DNA of 64,000 nucleotides from Eledone cirrhosa (taxonomy: Eukaryota). Shown piece by piece: positions 1 to 12,929 of the stretch; the stretch's first letter is position 1; each line of letters opens with the position of its first letter. The notes beneath the pieces were generated by a model. That model did not search any database, had not been told where the DNA came from, and was given only the letters and a program-made list of their open reading frames with translations. The translations under genes and the position numbers were made by a program. The stretch lies in NCBI GenBank assembly GCA_964016885.1, contig CAXHJY010001609.1, forward strand, positions 248,001 through 312,000, in the 5' to 3' direction.

Positions 1-735
1 TCTTCCATCCAGTTTCTTTCTCAGTTCATCCAGGCTTTGTCATTCTCACACATTAACATTGCACATCCATCAAAGCATGCTTGCATAATTTTTTTCTAGT
101 CTTCGCATGTCCTCTACATTCACTGCCCGTGTCTCACTACCATGCAGCAGTTCTCTAAACTTCTTCCATTCTGTCCTTATTCTAGCTACTAAGCTCTCCG
201 AACACCCTCCTCCACTGCTAATTATATTGCCTAGGTAGCAAAAGCTATCAACCACTTCCTGGGATTGGAAAAGGTTTATAGTATTTATTACATTATTATT
301 ATTGGCAATCTTAGTCTCAATTGTCCTTGAACATCTACTACATACAAAGTCTTCCTTTCCTGTTATCCTACTGTGGGGGCTAGGGAACCAGAAGTGTAGG
401 GACAGTCATGCTGGAAGTGAAGAGCTAGTGACCATACATCGGAAGTGCAGCTAGGTCTCTCTCTTGGTCTATGTGCCACGGCAGAGTGTGGACGTTTTGT
501 CATGACTGATGCGAATGAGTGTGTGAGTTTTGCTATGTTCTCTGGTCAGACATAAAACAGGTGAGCATCACATAGAGAGATTCGGTCTGGACATGAGTGG
601 AGATGCAAAGGTAGGCCCCTTTGCTTCTTACAGCACCTACTAAACCTCTTGTGTACTCAAGATTTACATTGTGTGCCTACTCCTTTTCTAGATATTGAGC
701 AAGGCCACTTCCCTGATGAGATTGGTCTCCCTTTT
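1..735 (-). mobile_element. Degenerate RTE-type LINE fragments (post-RT region)
   Basis: Minus-strand ORFs VDSFCYLGNIISSGGGCSES..RIRTEWKKFREL and SSGKWPCSI.RKGVG are homologous to the element at 2789-5340. Confidence 0.75.
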
Positions 736-1047
736 TGAGACCCTTTTCCAAAAAAATGTCTAGTTAATAAAAATAATGTGGAGCTGGTAAGATGAGACTT
801 AAGTTGAAGAGAGATTACAGACAGTAAAACATGAGTTTTTAAGTCATCTTCCTTGCTAAAGAAAGGGGTTATCCTTGCTGGTCCTATGGTAGTAGGGCCA
901 GACATTCACCTGCTGAGGCTTTAAGTTTAAGCTATATGAAATTTGAGAACCCTTTTCCAAAAAAATTTGGGTAAACATTTTTTTAAATAATTATACATGA
1001 TTATTAGAGTTATGACCCCTTTACAGTCTGAGTTGAAATCCCACCTT

Positions 1048-1228
1048 GTATCTGTATTATTTTTGACCGTTGGTCAGTCAATGGCAACATTGAGGAACGA
1101 ATGAATTAGATTACCGATATAGAAGACACAGAAGCGAAAAGCGAAAACCAACCAAACAGTGAGTGCGTTCTGTTATTAATTCTGGCAATATTACACAAAT
1201 ATGACCCTCTCCAAGTATAACAATATAA

Positions 1229-1232
<4 letters not shown>
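1048..1232 (+). mobile_element. 3' end of a Penelope-like element; inverted copy at 2400-2581
   Basis: About 180 bp, near-identical to the reverse complement of 2400-2581. Ends ATGACCCTCTCCAAGTATAAC+(TA)n, resembling the GIY-YIG element end at 37564-37585 (ATGACCCTCCCAAAGTATAAC+(TA)n). Confidence 0.6.
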
Positions 1233-1283
<51 letters not shown>

Positions 1284-1323
1284 CGATATTAATAAATGGA
1301 AACTATATTTATAAAACCATATT

Positions 1324-1388
1324 TATTTCCTTATACATATTTCAGGGATACCACATTAAATTATGGTATGCCTTCATCAGACAAAATA
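1324..1388 (-). ncRNA. Type I hammerhead ribozyme motif, partly degenerate (family E)
   Basis: Minus strand reads TATTTTGT CTGATGA AGGCATACCATA-atttaa-TGTGGTATCCCT GAAA TATGTA TA AGGAAATA. It lies in a short element flanked by (TA)n on both sides. Confidence 0.6.
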
Positions 1389-1628
1389 CAATATATAACA
1401 GTTTTACAAATAGCTTTGACGTACCCTTTTAAAATACAACCATTACTTTTGGAGGCTGTCTGGATAGTGATTTGTTTATATAATAAGTCATAGTGTTAAG
1501 CACAATTAGAAAACGACGTAGAGAAAGAAAACGAAAAAAGACGGAGAGAGAGAAAAGAACAAAGACGGAGAGAGGGAAAGAAAACCTGGAGAAATATATT
1601 TATATATATATATTTATATATATATATA

Positions 1629-2300
1629 TCATCATCATCATCAACGTTTAACGTCCGTGTTCCACGGTGGCATGGGTTTGGACGGGGGTTTTCCCACTTG
1701 AGGCAAGAGTGATTGTCTTGCTCGCATAGGACTGTCTGGCAGGTTTTCTACAGTTGGATGCCCTTCCTAACACCAACCACATTTACAGTGCGGGTCTGGG
1801 AGGTTTTTACCGTGTTGCCTACACAGCCACATTACAGCGTGGACTGTGTGTTTTTCTGTCGTGACACCTACACGATCTCATTTGTTTCGGCCTGGATGGT
1901 GTGGCACCAACATAACTTTACATAGAAGGGGGCGGTGTGGATGGGGTGGGAGTGGTGGGACGGGGGTGTATTTTGTTAGAGATGCCTACTGACTGTAGTA
2001 GGTTTTACTTTGTATTTAAGTAAGGCGGGTCTTCTCTATTACTGAGTACCGCCAAAGGTCTCGGTCCAGTGACATTGTCTTGGTGAGGTGTAAGTGTGTG
2101 AGGTCGGAGTTTATCAGCTCGTCCCAGGTTTTTCTGGGTCTGCCTATTCCGTGGCTACCGTCTATCTTTATTGCCCTGCACTTTGTTATACAGCTATCGT
2201 CCTTCATGCGCATCACGTGACCATACCAACGTAGCCTTCTCTCTAGTAAACAACATCTGATCCCTCTTATTTCTAATTTTTTCCTTAGTTCGTTTATATT
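1629..2300 (-). mobile_element. RTE LINE 3' end (ORF C-terminus, 3'UTR, (GAT)n tail)
   Basis: Contains RRLRWYGHVMRM...GRPRKTW and ends in GATGAT repeats at ~1630. Part of the UTR is duplicated at 2616-2788. Confidence 0.8.
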
Positions 2301-2325
2301 TAGTTTATATTAGTTGCTTTATATT

Positions 2326-2356
<31 letters not shown>

Positions 2357-2369
2357 TTATATATATATT

Positions 2370-2400
<31 letters not shown>

Positions 2401-2788
2401 TTATATTGTTATACTTGGGGAGGGTCATATTTGTGTAATATTGCCAGAATTAATAACAGAACGCACTCACTGTTTGGTTGGTTTTCGCTTTTCGCTTCTG
2501 TGTCTTCTATATCGGTAATAAAATTTATTCGGTCCTCAATGTTGCCATTGACTGACCAACGGTCAAAAATAATACAGATACCATATAGACACAAACACAA
2601 TTATATAGTTTATCAAAGTGTGTTTTTTTTGTCGTGACACCTACACGACCTCATTTGTTTCGGGCTGGATGTTGTGACACCAACATAACTTTACATTGAA
2701 AGGGGCGGTGTGGATGGGGTTGGGATGGGGTGGGGATGGTGTGACGGTGGTGTATTTTCTTAGAGATGCCTACTGACTATAGTAGATT

Positions 2789-5340
2789 TCACAGCTCTAG
2801 GAACTTTTTCCATCCCGTTCTGACCCTAGCTACTGTACTTTCAGAGCACCCTCCCCCACTGCTGATTTTATCACCCAGGTAACGGAAGCTATCCACTATT
2901 TCTATAGAACCACCTGTGCAATGGAACGAGTTAGTATTCTGTGGGCACTTGCTGCTACTTATTGCACCAGAGCACCGGCCACATATAAAATCTATATTCT
3001 TAGATAGCTTACCTGTGATTCCACTACATCTTTTATGTACCCATACTTTGCATATGGGACATAAAATGGAGTTTCTACCTACTCCTTTCCTACACACTGA
3101 GCATGGCCATTTCCCGGATGGGACCGGTGCCCTATTTTCCTTCCTACAAACTAGAACTTTAGTCTTAGACAAGTTAACTTAAAGGCCTTTTGATTCTAGG
3201 CCATGCTTCCATGTTTGGAATTTCTTCTCTAGTTCGGCCATTGATTCAGCTATGAGCGTTAGATCATCTGCGTATAGGAGTTTCCATGGGCAGCCGGTCT
3301 TGAACTCCTCTGTTATAGCCTGAAGGGCAATAATAAATAGGAGGGGGCTAGGGACGGAGCCCGGATGAACACTAACTTTTATGCTAAATTCTTCACTATA
3401 TTCGTTGTTAATTCTAACCTTGCTGACTGTTTCTTTATACATGGCTTGTATAGCTCTCACAAGCCATTCATCAACACCTAGTTTTCTAAGGGCCCACCAG
3501 ATAATCGAGCGGGGTACTCTGTCAAAGGCTTTCTCCAAGTCAACAAAAGCTAAGTATAGGGGTTTACTTTTAGCTAGGTACTTCTCCTGTAGTTGTCGTA
3601 CAATGAAAAGAGCGTCTGTTGTACTTTTACCTGACACAAACCCGAACTGCATTTCATCGAGATCAATTCTCTCTCTGATTAGTTGCGCTATTACTTTTTC
3701 TGTGACCTTCATGACCTGGTCAATTAATTTAATGCCTCTATAGTTTCCCCTATCTAGGGCATCACCTTTACCCTTGTAGCAGTTAATGATGATGCTGCTG
3801 CGCCAGTCCTTCGGAACAACCCCATTCTGTATGACTTGGTTTACTATCCGGGTGACCATGGTGTGTCCCACCGTTCGAGATGCTTTCAGCATTTCGGCAA
3901 CTATTTCCGCAGGCCCGGCCGCCTTGCCCGTCTTCATGTCTTTGATCGCCTTACTTATTATACTACCTTCAACTTGCACTGCTGGTCCCTCTATTGGGTC
4001 GATGTGGGGGAGACTGTCTTTCTCCCATTTATTCTCCTCATTTAGTAGGCTTCCGTAGTGACACTTCCAAGCTACCTTCTTATCAGTGTCAGTGATGGCA
4101 AGTACACCATCATCATTTAGGACACACTTCTCCCCGACAATATCACTGTTTTCCTTGACACATTGCCTAGCAATCCTGAACACCTCACGTTTTTGGTCCT
4201 CGCGTTGTAGAAGAACTTTCTTTCCTCTGCTTCCCTTCTTGCGAAGTACACTTGTCTCCTAGCTTCCCTCCTGGCCACTTGATAGTCTTCTCAACTTCCC
4301 CCATCCTGCATTGCTTTCCAAGCCTTTTTTTGGCCTTGATTGACCTCTCCACCTTACTGTTCCACCACCAAGTTACTCTCCTCCTGCCTATAGGCCTGCT
4401 CCAGCCACAGGTTCCATTTGTCGCCTTCAGCAGGTTAGCTTTCAGAAATTCCCACTGTCCCTCTATATTGTACGACTCTAATTGCTCTTCCTTACTATCA
4501 AAAGCATCAAGTAATATGCTTTTAAATTTATGACTGGCTGTGGGGTTCTTTAATTTCCATATTTTTCTCCTGAGGATAGTCCTCTTCTGTTGTCGAATAC
4601 ATCTCATCCTGACTATGAGGTCGCTGATTATGAGTCTATGTTGAGACGTGCATTCTTCATGGGGAAGGGATTTAGTGTTTACAACAGACACTCTGTCACG
4701 TCTCCTGGTAAGGATATAATCTACCTGGCTTGTGTGTTCCCCCAATCTATAGGTGATCAAGTGATTGTCTCGTTTTTTGAAGTTAGTGTTACAGATAGCT
4801 AGGTTATTTGCGTCACAGAATTCCAGGATTCTGGAACCTTCCTCATTTCTAGTACCAAACCCATAGCCTTCATGGATTCCGTCATAGCCGTCACAATGTT
4901 GTCCAACGTGACCATTTAGGTCGCCAGCAATAATTATATAGTCACTGTCGGTTATTTGGGAGGTAGTGAGCATCAGTGTCTCATAGAATCTGTCTTTTAT
5001 AGTGCCGGGCAGTTAGGATTGGGGTGCGTACGCAGATATTACTGTCACCGTAGTTCTATTGAGGACAAGTCTTATTTTAATTATTCTGTCGTTCACTTTA
5101 TTTACGTCTATTATCTTATCTGCCCACTTTTCTGCTACCATGATTCCTACTCCACCCAGCCCATTGTCATTTCCCACCCAGAAAAGCTTATAGCATCGTT
5201 CTTTACCCACGATGAATCTAGCAGACCCACCCCTCCACCTGGTCTCTTGAATACAACAAACATCGACCTCCTTACGTTCAAGCATTTCTACAACCTCGTT
5301 AGAGCGACCCTTTAAGGTGGCTACATTCATGGTACCAACT
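2789..5340 (-). mobile_element. RTE-clade non-LTR retrotransposon ORF (APE endonuclease + RT + Cys/His finger), frameshifted
   Basis: EN motifs NVATL, CIQETRW, SAYAPQ, GDLNGHVG, QVDYIL. RT motifs NYRGIKL, QFGF, FVDLEKAFDRV, YADD. Followed by a CxxC..CxxC..H..C..CxxC finger and FRYLG. Split over four ORFs. Confidence 0.92.
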
Positions 5341-5659
5341 CTGAAGTTTTGGATTGCGTTTGGAGGGTGGGAGCGGTGGGGAGCGGCTTATGTTAGCCAT
5401 CCGCGGCCGAAACAAAGAGGAGGAGCCCTTGCATTCTCGTCCATGAGCTGCTATAATTTACCAACTAGTAATGATAGCTGTTGTTTTGTGGGGGATTGAG
5501 GGCACACCACCTGTACAAAGAGATATTATCATCTTTCCTAAAGACCATCCTCCTCAGAAAATACCATAAAATTCATGCCACTTGAACCTCACGACCGACC
5601 CATAATGGTTAATTTTGGTGGCATAGTGATATGGAGAGGAATGCAGGACCTGTGTTTGC

Positions 5660-6010
5660 AATAGACACTGACAATGCAGGAGTATTACATATACTGTATA
5701 GCATATAGAGGAGGATTTAGTGCGATATATAGGGCAGGTAAATTATTTTAGCAGTATTTAGTGGAAGCCTATATGAAAGTAGAGGGATGCAGGCTTCAAT
5801 ATTTGAGGAACAATGAAGCCCAATTGTGAGTGGATGAGTATAATGGTTTAATGAATTATCTAAACAGATGATAACACTGAGCCTTAAGAAATGAAGACAA
5901 GATAAGAAACAGAGAAGACATTGACAGAATCGTGTCAGCAGAAATACCTGCATTGGAAGATGATCCAGTACTACATGAGCAGGCTTAAAAGTTTATGATC
6001 CACGGGCCAT
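5660..6010 (+). mobile_element. Helitron Rep/helicase relic
   Basis: Manual translation gives YYIYCIAYRGGFSAIYRAGKLF*QYLVEAYMKVEGCRLQYLR and EDIDRIVSAEIPALEDDPVLHEQA*KFMIHGP, matching Helitron motifs GRLFQQY.VD.Y.K.E..RL and SAEIP..MIHGPC. Contains stops and a large internal deletion. Confidence 0.75.
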
Positions 6011-6375
6011 TATACGGTCGTAGCTTCGTTAAGAATATATATAAGAAACATGTTCTATACATTTAATAAGACAAGAGAAATAAATATTTACCTCTTTCAT
6101 GTAGGTAATATAGCGGTGTTATAAAACTAATTATACGACCGGTGTAACAGTGGGTATAAATGAAAGATGTAGAAATAAAAGTTTTAACAATGACATGAAT
6201 AAAGATACAGTAATTTAATATGACCAAGAATAAATATTTAATGGAATTAAATGTAATTTAATAAGAAATAAGTAAAAGAGTGAATTGCTTAGGTAAAAGA
6301 AAAAAACAAAATGAAGAAACAGAAAATTTTGTTTGTCTTTATAAAGCTTATTTTAAGCGCGATTTTCCTTTCAAC

Positions 6376-6445
6376 GCCGTAGCTCAGTTAGTAGCAGCTC
6401 CGCTTACTAACCTTAGGGCTATCCGATACATGGTTCGAATCTTAC
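6376..6445 (+). mobile_element. tRNA-like (Pol III A/B box) SINE head relic
   Basis: GCCGTAGCTCAGTTAGT (A box) ... GGTTCGAATC (B box); no closed cloverleaf. Confidence 0.45.
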
Positions 6446-6519
6446 ACTCTTCTCTATAGTGCCACATTTTAAAAATTTCACCCGACTTTAGTTTACTCAA
6501 CGGACCGTATAATCAGAAC

Positions 6520-6680
6520 AATTTGATTGGCTGAAATTCTGATTGGCTGTTCTCGATTTCTGATTGGCTGTTCTCATGTTCAAAATTAAGCGCGGCCATA
6601 ACTCTTTAATTCAAATGTCATAAATAGGCATATACTGTTTGATTTCTCTTTTTAAAAAAGGCTAACGATATATTTGAATG
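6520..6680 (+). promoter_or_regulatory. Candidate cell-cycle promoter: 3 CCAAT boxes plus CHR-like sites
   Basis: GATTGGCTG at 6525, 6541 and 6562; TTCAAA at 6579 and 6610; TTTGAA at 6673. Lies about 2 kb upstream of the kinesin ATG exon. Confidence 0.5.
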
Positions 6681-7819
6681 GCTAAGAGATTTCGTAAGGA
6701 AAAGGCATTTTGTTTTTTGACAGTCTATTGTTTCATATTTGACTTTGGACTTTGGACAAAGATTAAACTGAAACAGGGAAATAGATAATTCTTTCTTTAT
6801 TTATAGATAATAATAATGATAATAATTATTATTATTACTACAACACCATCCTTACAGGGTCGATAAAATAAAGTACCGGACTGGGGTCGATTTATTTGGC
6901 CTTTTCTTTCCCTCCCTAAAATTCTTGGCCTTGTGCCTGATTCTGAAACCATTATTATAGGCTCAATAAAATAAAGTACCAGTAACGCACTGGGGTCGGT
7001 CGATTTAATCGATTTTCTCCCTCCTCCAAAATTGTTGATTTTGTGTCTAAATGAGAAACCATTATTATGGGGTGGGTCGATAAAATAAATGTTACTAATA
7101 TGACCACTTTATAGTCTAGACTGGGTACTTTCCGTTGTCACCAATACCTTATAGGGTAGACTGGGTACTTTTTGTTGTGTCACTAATATAACCACCTTGT
7201 AGGGTGGACTGGGTTAGATTTGTTTTGGAAATGGTAATTTGATATCTTCCTCCCTACCTCTCTCTTTTTTAAGGTGTCGCCAAGATGTTCAGTGGTCAAG
7301 CAGCGACTATATACCTATGTATCTATCTTAAAACAACAAAACCAATTTGCTATCCATTTACCCACCTATCTATATACCTTTCTATCTACCTACCTATATA
7401 CCTACCTATTTATATATTACTGTCTGTCTACTTGACTGACAATCTATATTTACCAATGTAACCATCTTTGGACAGCACAAATCCCAATAGCAATCTAAAG
7501 ATGTGTTTCTTTATTAGCCACAGGGGAACAAAAGAAGGGGACAAATACAAAGGGGGAAGTTTACATACAATAAAAACTGAATAGATAGATAGGAAGTCAT
7601 CATAATTTAGTGATATATATTTGATAGCAATAAAAAAAAAATGGAAGTAAATTATTGTAATTGATTTAAATGAATATAAAATCAATTCAGATGATTGTCA
7701 GAGTAACAAGAGGGAGAACGTTGAGGAAAATCAAGGATTGAAGTATGTTTAAATAAAATGTGTAATCAAGAATTATATTTTTACTATGAAGCCTATCATT
7801 TTTGACAGATACTATGTTA

Positions 7820-8100
7820 GTATCATCATCATCATCATTTTACATCCGCTTTTCCCTGCTTGCAAGGGTGGGACGGCAACTGTTTCTGGCTTCATTTCTA
7901 CAGCTGGATGTCCTTCCTAACACCAACCTCATTTATAGTGAGTGCTGGGTGCTTTTGTTTGCCGTGGCAACCTCCACGACCACTTTGCAGTGGAATGATA
8001 GGGACCCCAGTCTCTATCATCTCATTTCTACAGCTGAGTAAACTGGAGCAATGTGAAATAAAGTGTCTTGCTTGCTCAAGGAAACAACACATCACCCGCT
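7820..8100 (-). mobile_element. tRNA-derived SINE with RTE-like tail (5' truncated)
   Basis: Same family as 11832-12180. Confidence 0.75.
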
Positions 8101-8707
8101 CTGTATTGTTTCCTTGAGCAAGACACTTTATTTTACATTGCTCCTCCTTCCTGGATAGTGTTAACAATTGGAAAGAACTCCACTCCACTTGTTAAGCGAA
8201 TGGGGTCTGGGATCTTGTTGGCTAGTGGAATTCTAGTGCTGCAGTGGCCCTTAAATTAAACTGCAAATTGTAGTGTGTCTTATAAGTTATCAAATATGGT
8301 ATATATATATATATGTGTGTTTATATATATATATAATGGAAGAGGCCATGTAGCCGGTAAGAGTGTCAGCTTGAGTTAAGACAATTTGAAATGTTTTCCA
8401 CCATCAATTGTTAAAAAAACAAGTTAAAATCATTTAGTCATCCATTCGTGTGTTATACTTTAGTTACATACACACACATCTACATGTAAATACACAAACA
8501 GATACAGACAACAGAACTACAAACGTACATACACACATACATCTACTGAAACATTCATATACACACATCTATGTAATGATTGGAGAAGGACGGGGCTGGT
8601 GAAACACTATAGCGATGTGTGTATCGCGTCCCTTTAGGGTTTACCGGCTATGTAACATATTTGATACATAATCTGTATCTCCTGCATATATTAACAGAAA
8701 CTACAAT

Positions 8708-8860
8708 ATGTCAAGTGGTGAAACCATTCCGGCAGAAGAGAAAATTGCAGATGGCTTGCTGGATGACTTCTATTCGGAATCAACAGAGAACTTTGAGAAG
8801 TTAAAGGTTTACCTGAGGGTTCGACCATTCACTGTTGAAGAGAAGCAGAATAAACATCAG
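8708..8860 (+). CDS. KIF20A: Kinesin-6 (KIF20A/B-like) coding exon 1
   Basis: MSSGETIPAEEK...KLKVYLRVRPFT; upstream acceptor AG at 8697, donor GTAGAG. Confidence 0.8.
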
Positions 8861-9054
8861 GTAGAGTTTATCTTTCTTGATTAACCTCTTGTGATACCAA
8901 ACTGCTTGAAACCACCACCAGTTCTATGATAGAAAGCTGTTTGTTTTAAGGTTTTTATATTTGTTTGAAAGTCCTGATTATACACAGAATATGTAAAAGT
9001 GGGTTTGTCATTAATACACCCAAATAAACCCCCTACGAGATATAACCTCATTGG

Positions 9055-10250
9055 AGGCCAGCTAAACCTACATAGATGTTAGCTGTAACATGACAAGACT
9101 GGGGGTCCCTATCATTAAAGCCCCAGGAAACCTGTGAGATACAACATTATAGGTCAACTAAACCTACATAGATGTTAGCTGTAACATGACAAGACTGGGG
9201 GTCCCTATCATTAAAGCCCCATGAAACCTGTGAGATACAACATTATAGGTCAACTAAACCTACATAGATGTTAGCTGTAACATGACAAGACTGGGGGTCC
9301 CTATCATTAAAGCCCCAGGAAACCTGTGAGATACAACATTATAGGTCAACTAAACCTACATAGATGTTAGCTGTAACAACAACAGGATTGGAGACTCTAT
9401 CATTAAAATACCCAAGAAACCTCCTATCAGATACAACCTTGTACTAGACCAGCTAAACTTACAGAGCTGTAACAGGACTGGACTGGAGCCCTTGTCATAA
9501 ACCCCAGTAAACCTATCAGATACAACCTTGTACTAGGCCAGCTAAATCTACAGAGCTGTAACAGGACTGGAGCCCTTGTTATAAACCCCAGGAAACCTAT
9601 CAGATACAACCTTGTACTAGACCAGCTAAACTTACAGAGCTGTAACAGGACTGGACTGGAGCCCTTGTCATAAACCCCAGTAAACCTATCAGATACAACC
9701 TTGTACTAGGCCAGCTAAATCTACAGAGCTGTAACAGGACTGGAGCCCTTGTTATAAACCCCAGGAAACCTATCAGATACAACCTTGTACTCGGCCAGCT
9801 AAACTTACAGAGCTGTAACAGGATTGGACTGGAGAGCCCTTGTCATAAACCCCAGGAAACCTATCAGATACAACCTTATACTCGGCCAGCTAAACTTACA
9901 GAGCTGTAACAGGATTGGACTGGAGAGCCCTTGTCATAAACCCCAGGAAACCTATCAGATACAACCTTGTACTCGGCCAGCTAAACTTACAGAGCTGTAA
10001 CAGGATTGGACTGGAGAGCCCTTGTCATAAACCCCAGGAAACCTATCAGATACAACCTTGTACTCGGCCAGCTAAACTTACAGAGCTGTAACAGGATTGG
10101 ACTGGAGAGCCCTTGTCATAAACCCCAGGAAACCTATCAGATACAACCTTGTACTAGGCCAGCTAAATCTACAGAGTTGTGAGCTGTAACAGTAGGACAG
10201 GAAACCTATGAGATACAGATTTGTACTAGGCCAGTACATTTGTACAGAGC
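9055..10250. repeat. Compound intronic minisatellite (~96-bp units, then ~83-90-bp units)
   Basis: Repeated AAACCTACATAGATGTTAGCTGTAAC and CCTATCAGATACAACCTTGTACT. Confidence 0.9.
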
Positions 10251-10559
10251 TGTGAACTTTAAATTTAATTTTTCATTATTTCCAGTGTTTCAATCACTAA
10301 AAATAACAATGAAAAGGGTCAGTGTTACCTCTCACCCTTCTAACTTTTATTTGCTTGTCTATCAAAGTTGTTTAACCCTTTAGCATTTACATTATTCTAC
10401 ATTTGCTATTGTATTTTCACAGTAAACACTTTATCTCACTTAATGCAGAATCTATGAGATGCTGATGTTTATTTTGAGAACAATAACTTAACATAAGTAT
10501 GAGGAGCTGGTTTAAATGCTAAAGGGTTAGTTGATGACCAAATGATCAGTGCATACACC

Positions 10560-11112
10560 CTTATATTTTCTAGTGTCCACTGTCATCTGTCCTTTTATCT
10601 TCTCTTGTCTATCCACCAGAGCTGTTTATTAATTGGTCCTCCACCTTATATTTTTTGTCTGTCCAACATAGCTGTTTAATTGCTGGTCACTCCATACACC
10701 CCCTCCCCTAACTGACCTTCTCTTGTGTCTCTCCACCAGAGCTGTTTATTAATTGGTCCTCCACCTTATATTTTTTGTCTGTCCAATATAGCTGTTTAAT
10801 TGCTGGTCACTCCATACACCCCTCCCCTAACTGACCTTCTCTTGTGTCTCTCCACCAGAGCTGTTTGTTAATTGGTCCTCCACCTTATATTTTTTGTCTG
10901 TCCAATATAGCTGTTTAATTGCTGGTCACTCCATACACCCCTCCCCTAACTGACCTTCTCTTGTGTCTCTCCACCAGAGCTGTTTATTAATTGGTCCTCC
11001 ACCTTATATTTTTTGTCTGTCCAACATAGCTGTTTAATTGCTGGTCACTCCATACACCCCCTCCCCTAACTGACCTTCTCTTGTGTCTCTCCACCAGAGC
11101 TGTTTGTTAATT
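10560..11112 (+). repeat. ~119-bp tandem repeat containing the exon-2 splice acceptor
   Basis: CCACCAG|AGCTGTTT with the AG ending at 10619, 10739, 10858, 10977 and 11097. Confidence 0.9.
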
Positions 11113-11353
11113 GACGGCCAACTGATCACTGCGTATGCCCCGAAAGACCCCAACACCTTTAAAAGCAGCACCTACACAGCCAACAAGAACATCCAGTCGT
11201 TCAAGTTCTCCAGGATATTTGAGGAGCAGACCCAACAGAGTGAATTTTACAGTGAAACATGTGAGGGCCTTGTGAAAAACTTCCTCGGCGGACAGAACTG
11301 CCTCGTATTTGCCTACGGAGTAACCAACTCTGGCAAGACTTATACAGTACAAG
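11098..11353 (+). CDS. KIF20A: Kinesin-6 exon 2 (P-loop)
   Basis: FKFSRIF...NCLVFAYGVTNSGKTYTVQG; AG/GT boundaries in phase. Confidence 0.92.
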
Positions 11354-11831
11354 GTATACATTCTTTTTCTATATTATTATATATCATCATCGTCATCATC
11401 ATTTAACGTCCATCTTCCACGCTAGCATGGGTTGGACGGCTTTGACGCACTTGAGAAAAGATTGGTCGGGTGACCATGTCTCGCTCGTTCTGGCGGATTT
11501 TTTTACGGCTGGATGCCCTTCTTAACCACATTTACAGTGCCTTTTTACCGCATCTCGTACACAACCACTTTACAGTTAGAGGATGGAGTAGGGGTGTGGG
11601 GTGTATATTGGGTTATATATATACAGGTAAAATTCCGTTATAAAGAATTTTTCAGTATAACAAAATTTTTTTTTCAATTCCTGAGGTAATAAACAAACAA
11701 TCGCTCGATTTCTTTTGGTTGATCTCGTTGTAAAGAATTTTTCATTACAATAAATTTTTTTTTATACCCCGTAAATTTTGATATAATAGAATTTTATTGT
11801 ATGAGTGTTGGTGTATTTGTGTGTGTGTTTG

Positions 11832-12180
11832 TGGAGGCACATGGCTTAGTGGTTAGAGCATTGGCCTTGCAATCGAAAGGTTGTGAGTTCAATTCTCAGA
11901 CCGGGTGATGTGTTGTTTCCTTGAGCAAGACACTTTATTTCACATTGCTCCAGTTTACTCAGCTGTAGAAATGAGATTATAGGGATTGGGGTCCCTATCA
12001 TTCCACTGCAAAGTGGTCGTGGAGGTTGCCACGGCAAAAAAAGCACCCAGCACTCATTGTGAATGAGGTTGGTGTTAGGAAGGGCATCCAGCTGTAGAAA
12101 TCAAGCCAGAATCAGTTCCCATCCCACCCTTGCAAGCAGGGAAAAGCGGACGTAAAATGATGATGATGATGATAATGATG
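11832..12180 (+). mobile_element. Full-length tRNA-derived SINE with RTE-like 3' tail
   Basis: TGGCTTAGTGG A box, GAGTTCAATTC B box, central CCTTGAGCAAGACAC block, (GAT)n tail. Other copies at ~14047-14395(+), 15700-16073(+), 18615-18960(-), 20534-20880(+), 21650-22118(-) and 23690-24010(-). Confidence 0.85.
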
Positions 12181-12278
12181 TGTGTTTGTGTAATGATAAT
12201 TAAATGTCTGACTAAATGCCAAAGTTTCTATAATTCATTGTTTTGAAAACTACTGCCATTGTGTAATTATTATTGTAG

Positions 12279-12466
12279 GAACTCCGAAGGAACCAGGTAT
12301 ATTACCCCGTACCCTGGAGACCATCTTCAATCATGTCTCAGGCAGATTATGGCACGGGTTCGACATTAAACCCAAGATGTACCGCGATGCGATAAAATTA
12401 TCTCCGAAGATTGAATCTGAAGAGAAACAGAAGAAAGAGGAACTATTACGACTAGCTTCCTTTGAG
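12279..12466 (+). CDS. KIF20A: Kinesin-6 exon 3
   Basis: GTPKEPGILPRTLETIFNHV...; start of the long loop-6 insert typical of kinesin-6. Confidence 0.9.
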
Positions 12467-12929
12467 GTCAGTTCTTTTCTGAATTATAATTATTTATTAC
12501 TAGATGAAGGCGACAGCATCTTCCCCTTTCTGTCTATTCTACAACATTTAGTAAGATGGCCAACCAGATGACCTTTAGTAATTCCAGTAATTAGAGCGAA
12601 CACTGTGTAGAAAGAATGTTACTGTCTTTTTTTTTTTCAGTGGAATTCCATCAACCATGGCCCTCAACAAAATCCAAGCACGACTTACATTTGAGTGCCA
12701 CTCACACACAAACATTCTCACTCTCTCCATCTATGTATATCTCTTGGCGCTCTCCCCTCTCTATATATAGATGTGTGTGTCTATATATATATATATATAT
12801 TTGTGCATGTCTATATATATATATATCGGTGCATGTTTATATATATATCTGTGCATGTGTGTCTATATATATATATATATATTTGTGCGTGTCTATATAT
12901 ATATATCTGTGTATGTCTATATATTGCAG

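Noticed and set aside
5340-5600. HDV-like ribozyme expected at the RTE 5' end
   Set aside because: I could not build the nested double pseudoknot by eye.
9055-10250. CRISPR-like regular repeats
   Set aside because: No unique spacers; this is a eukaryotic intronic minisatellite.
11832-11905. tRNA genes at SINE heads (also 6376-6445 and 13010-13080)
   Set aside because: No proper acceptor stem or terminator; most continue into SINE bodies.
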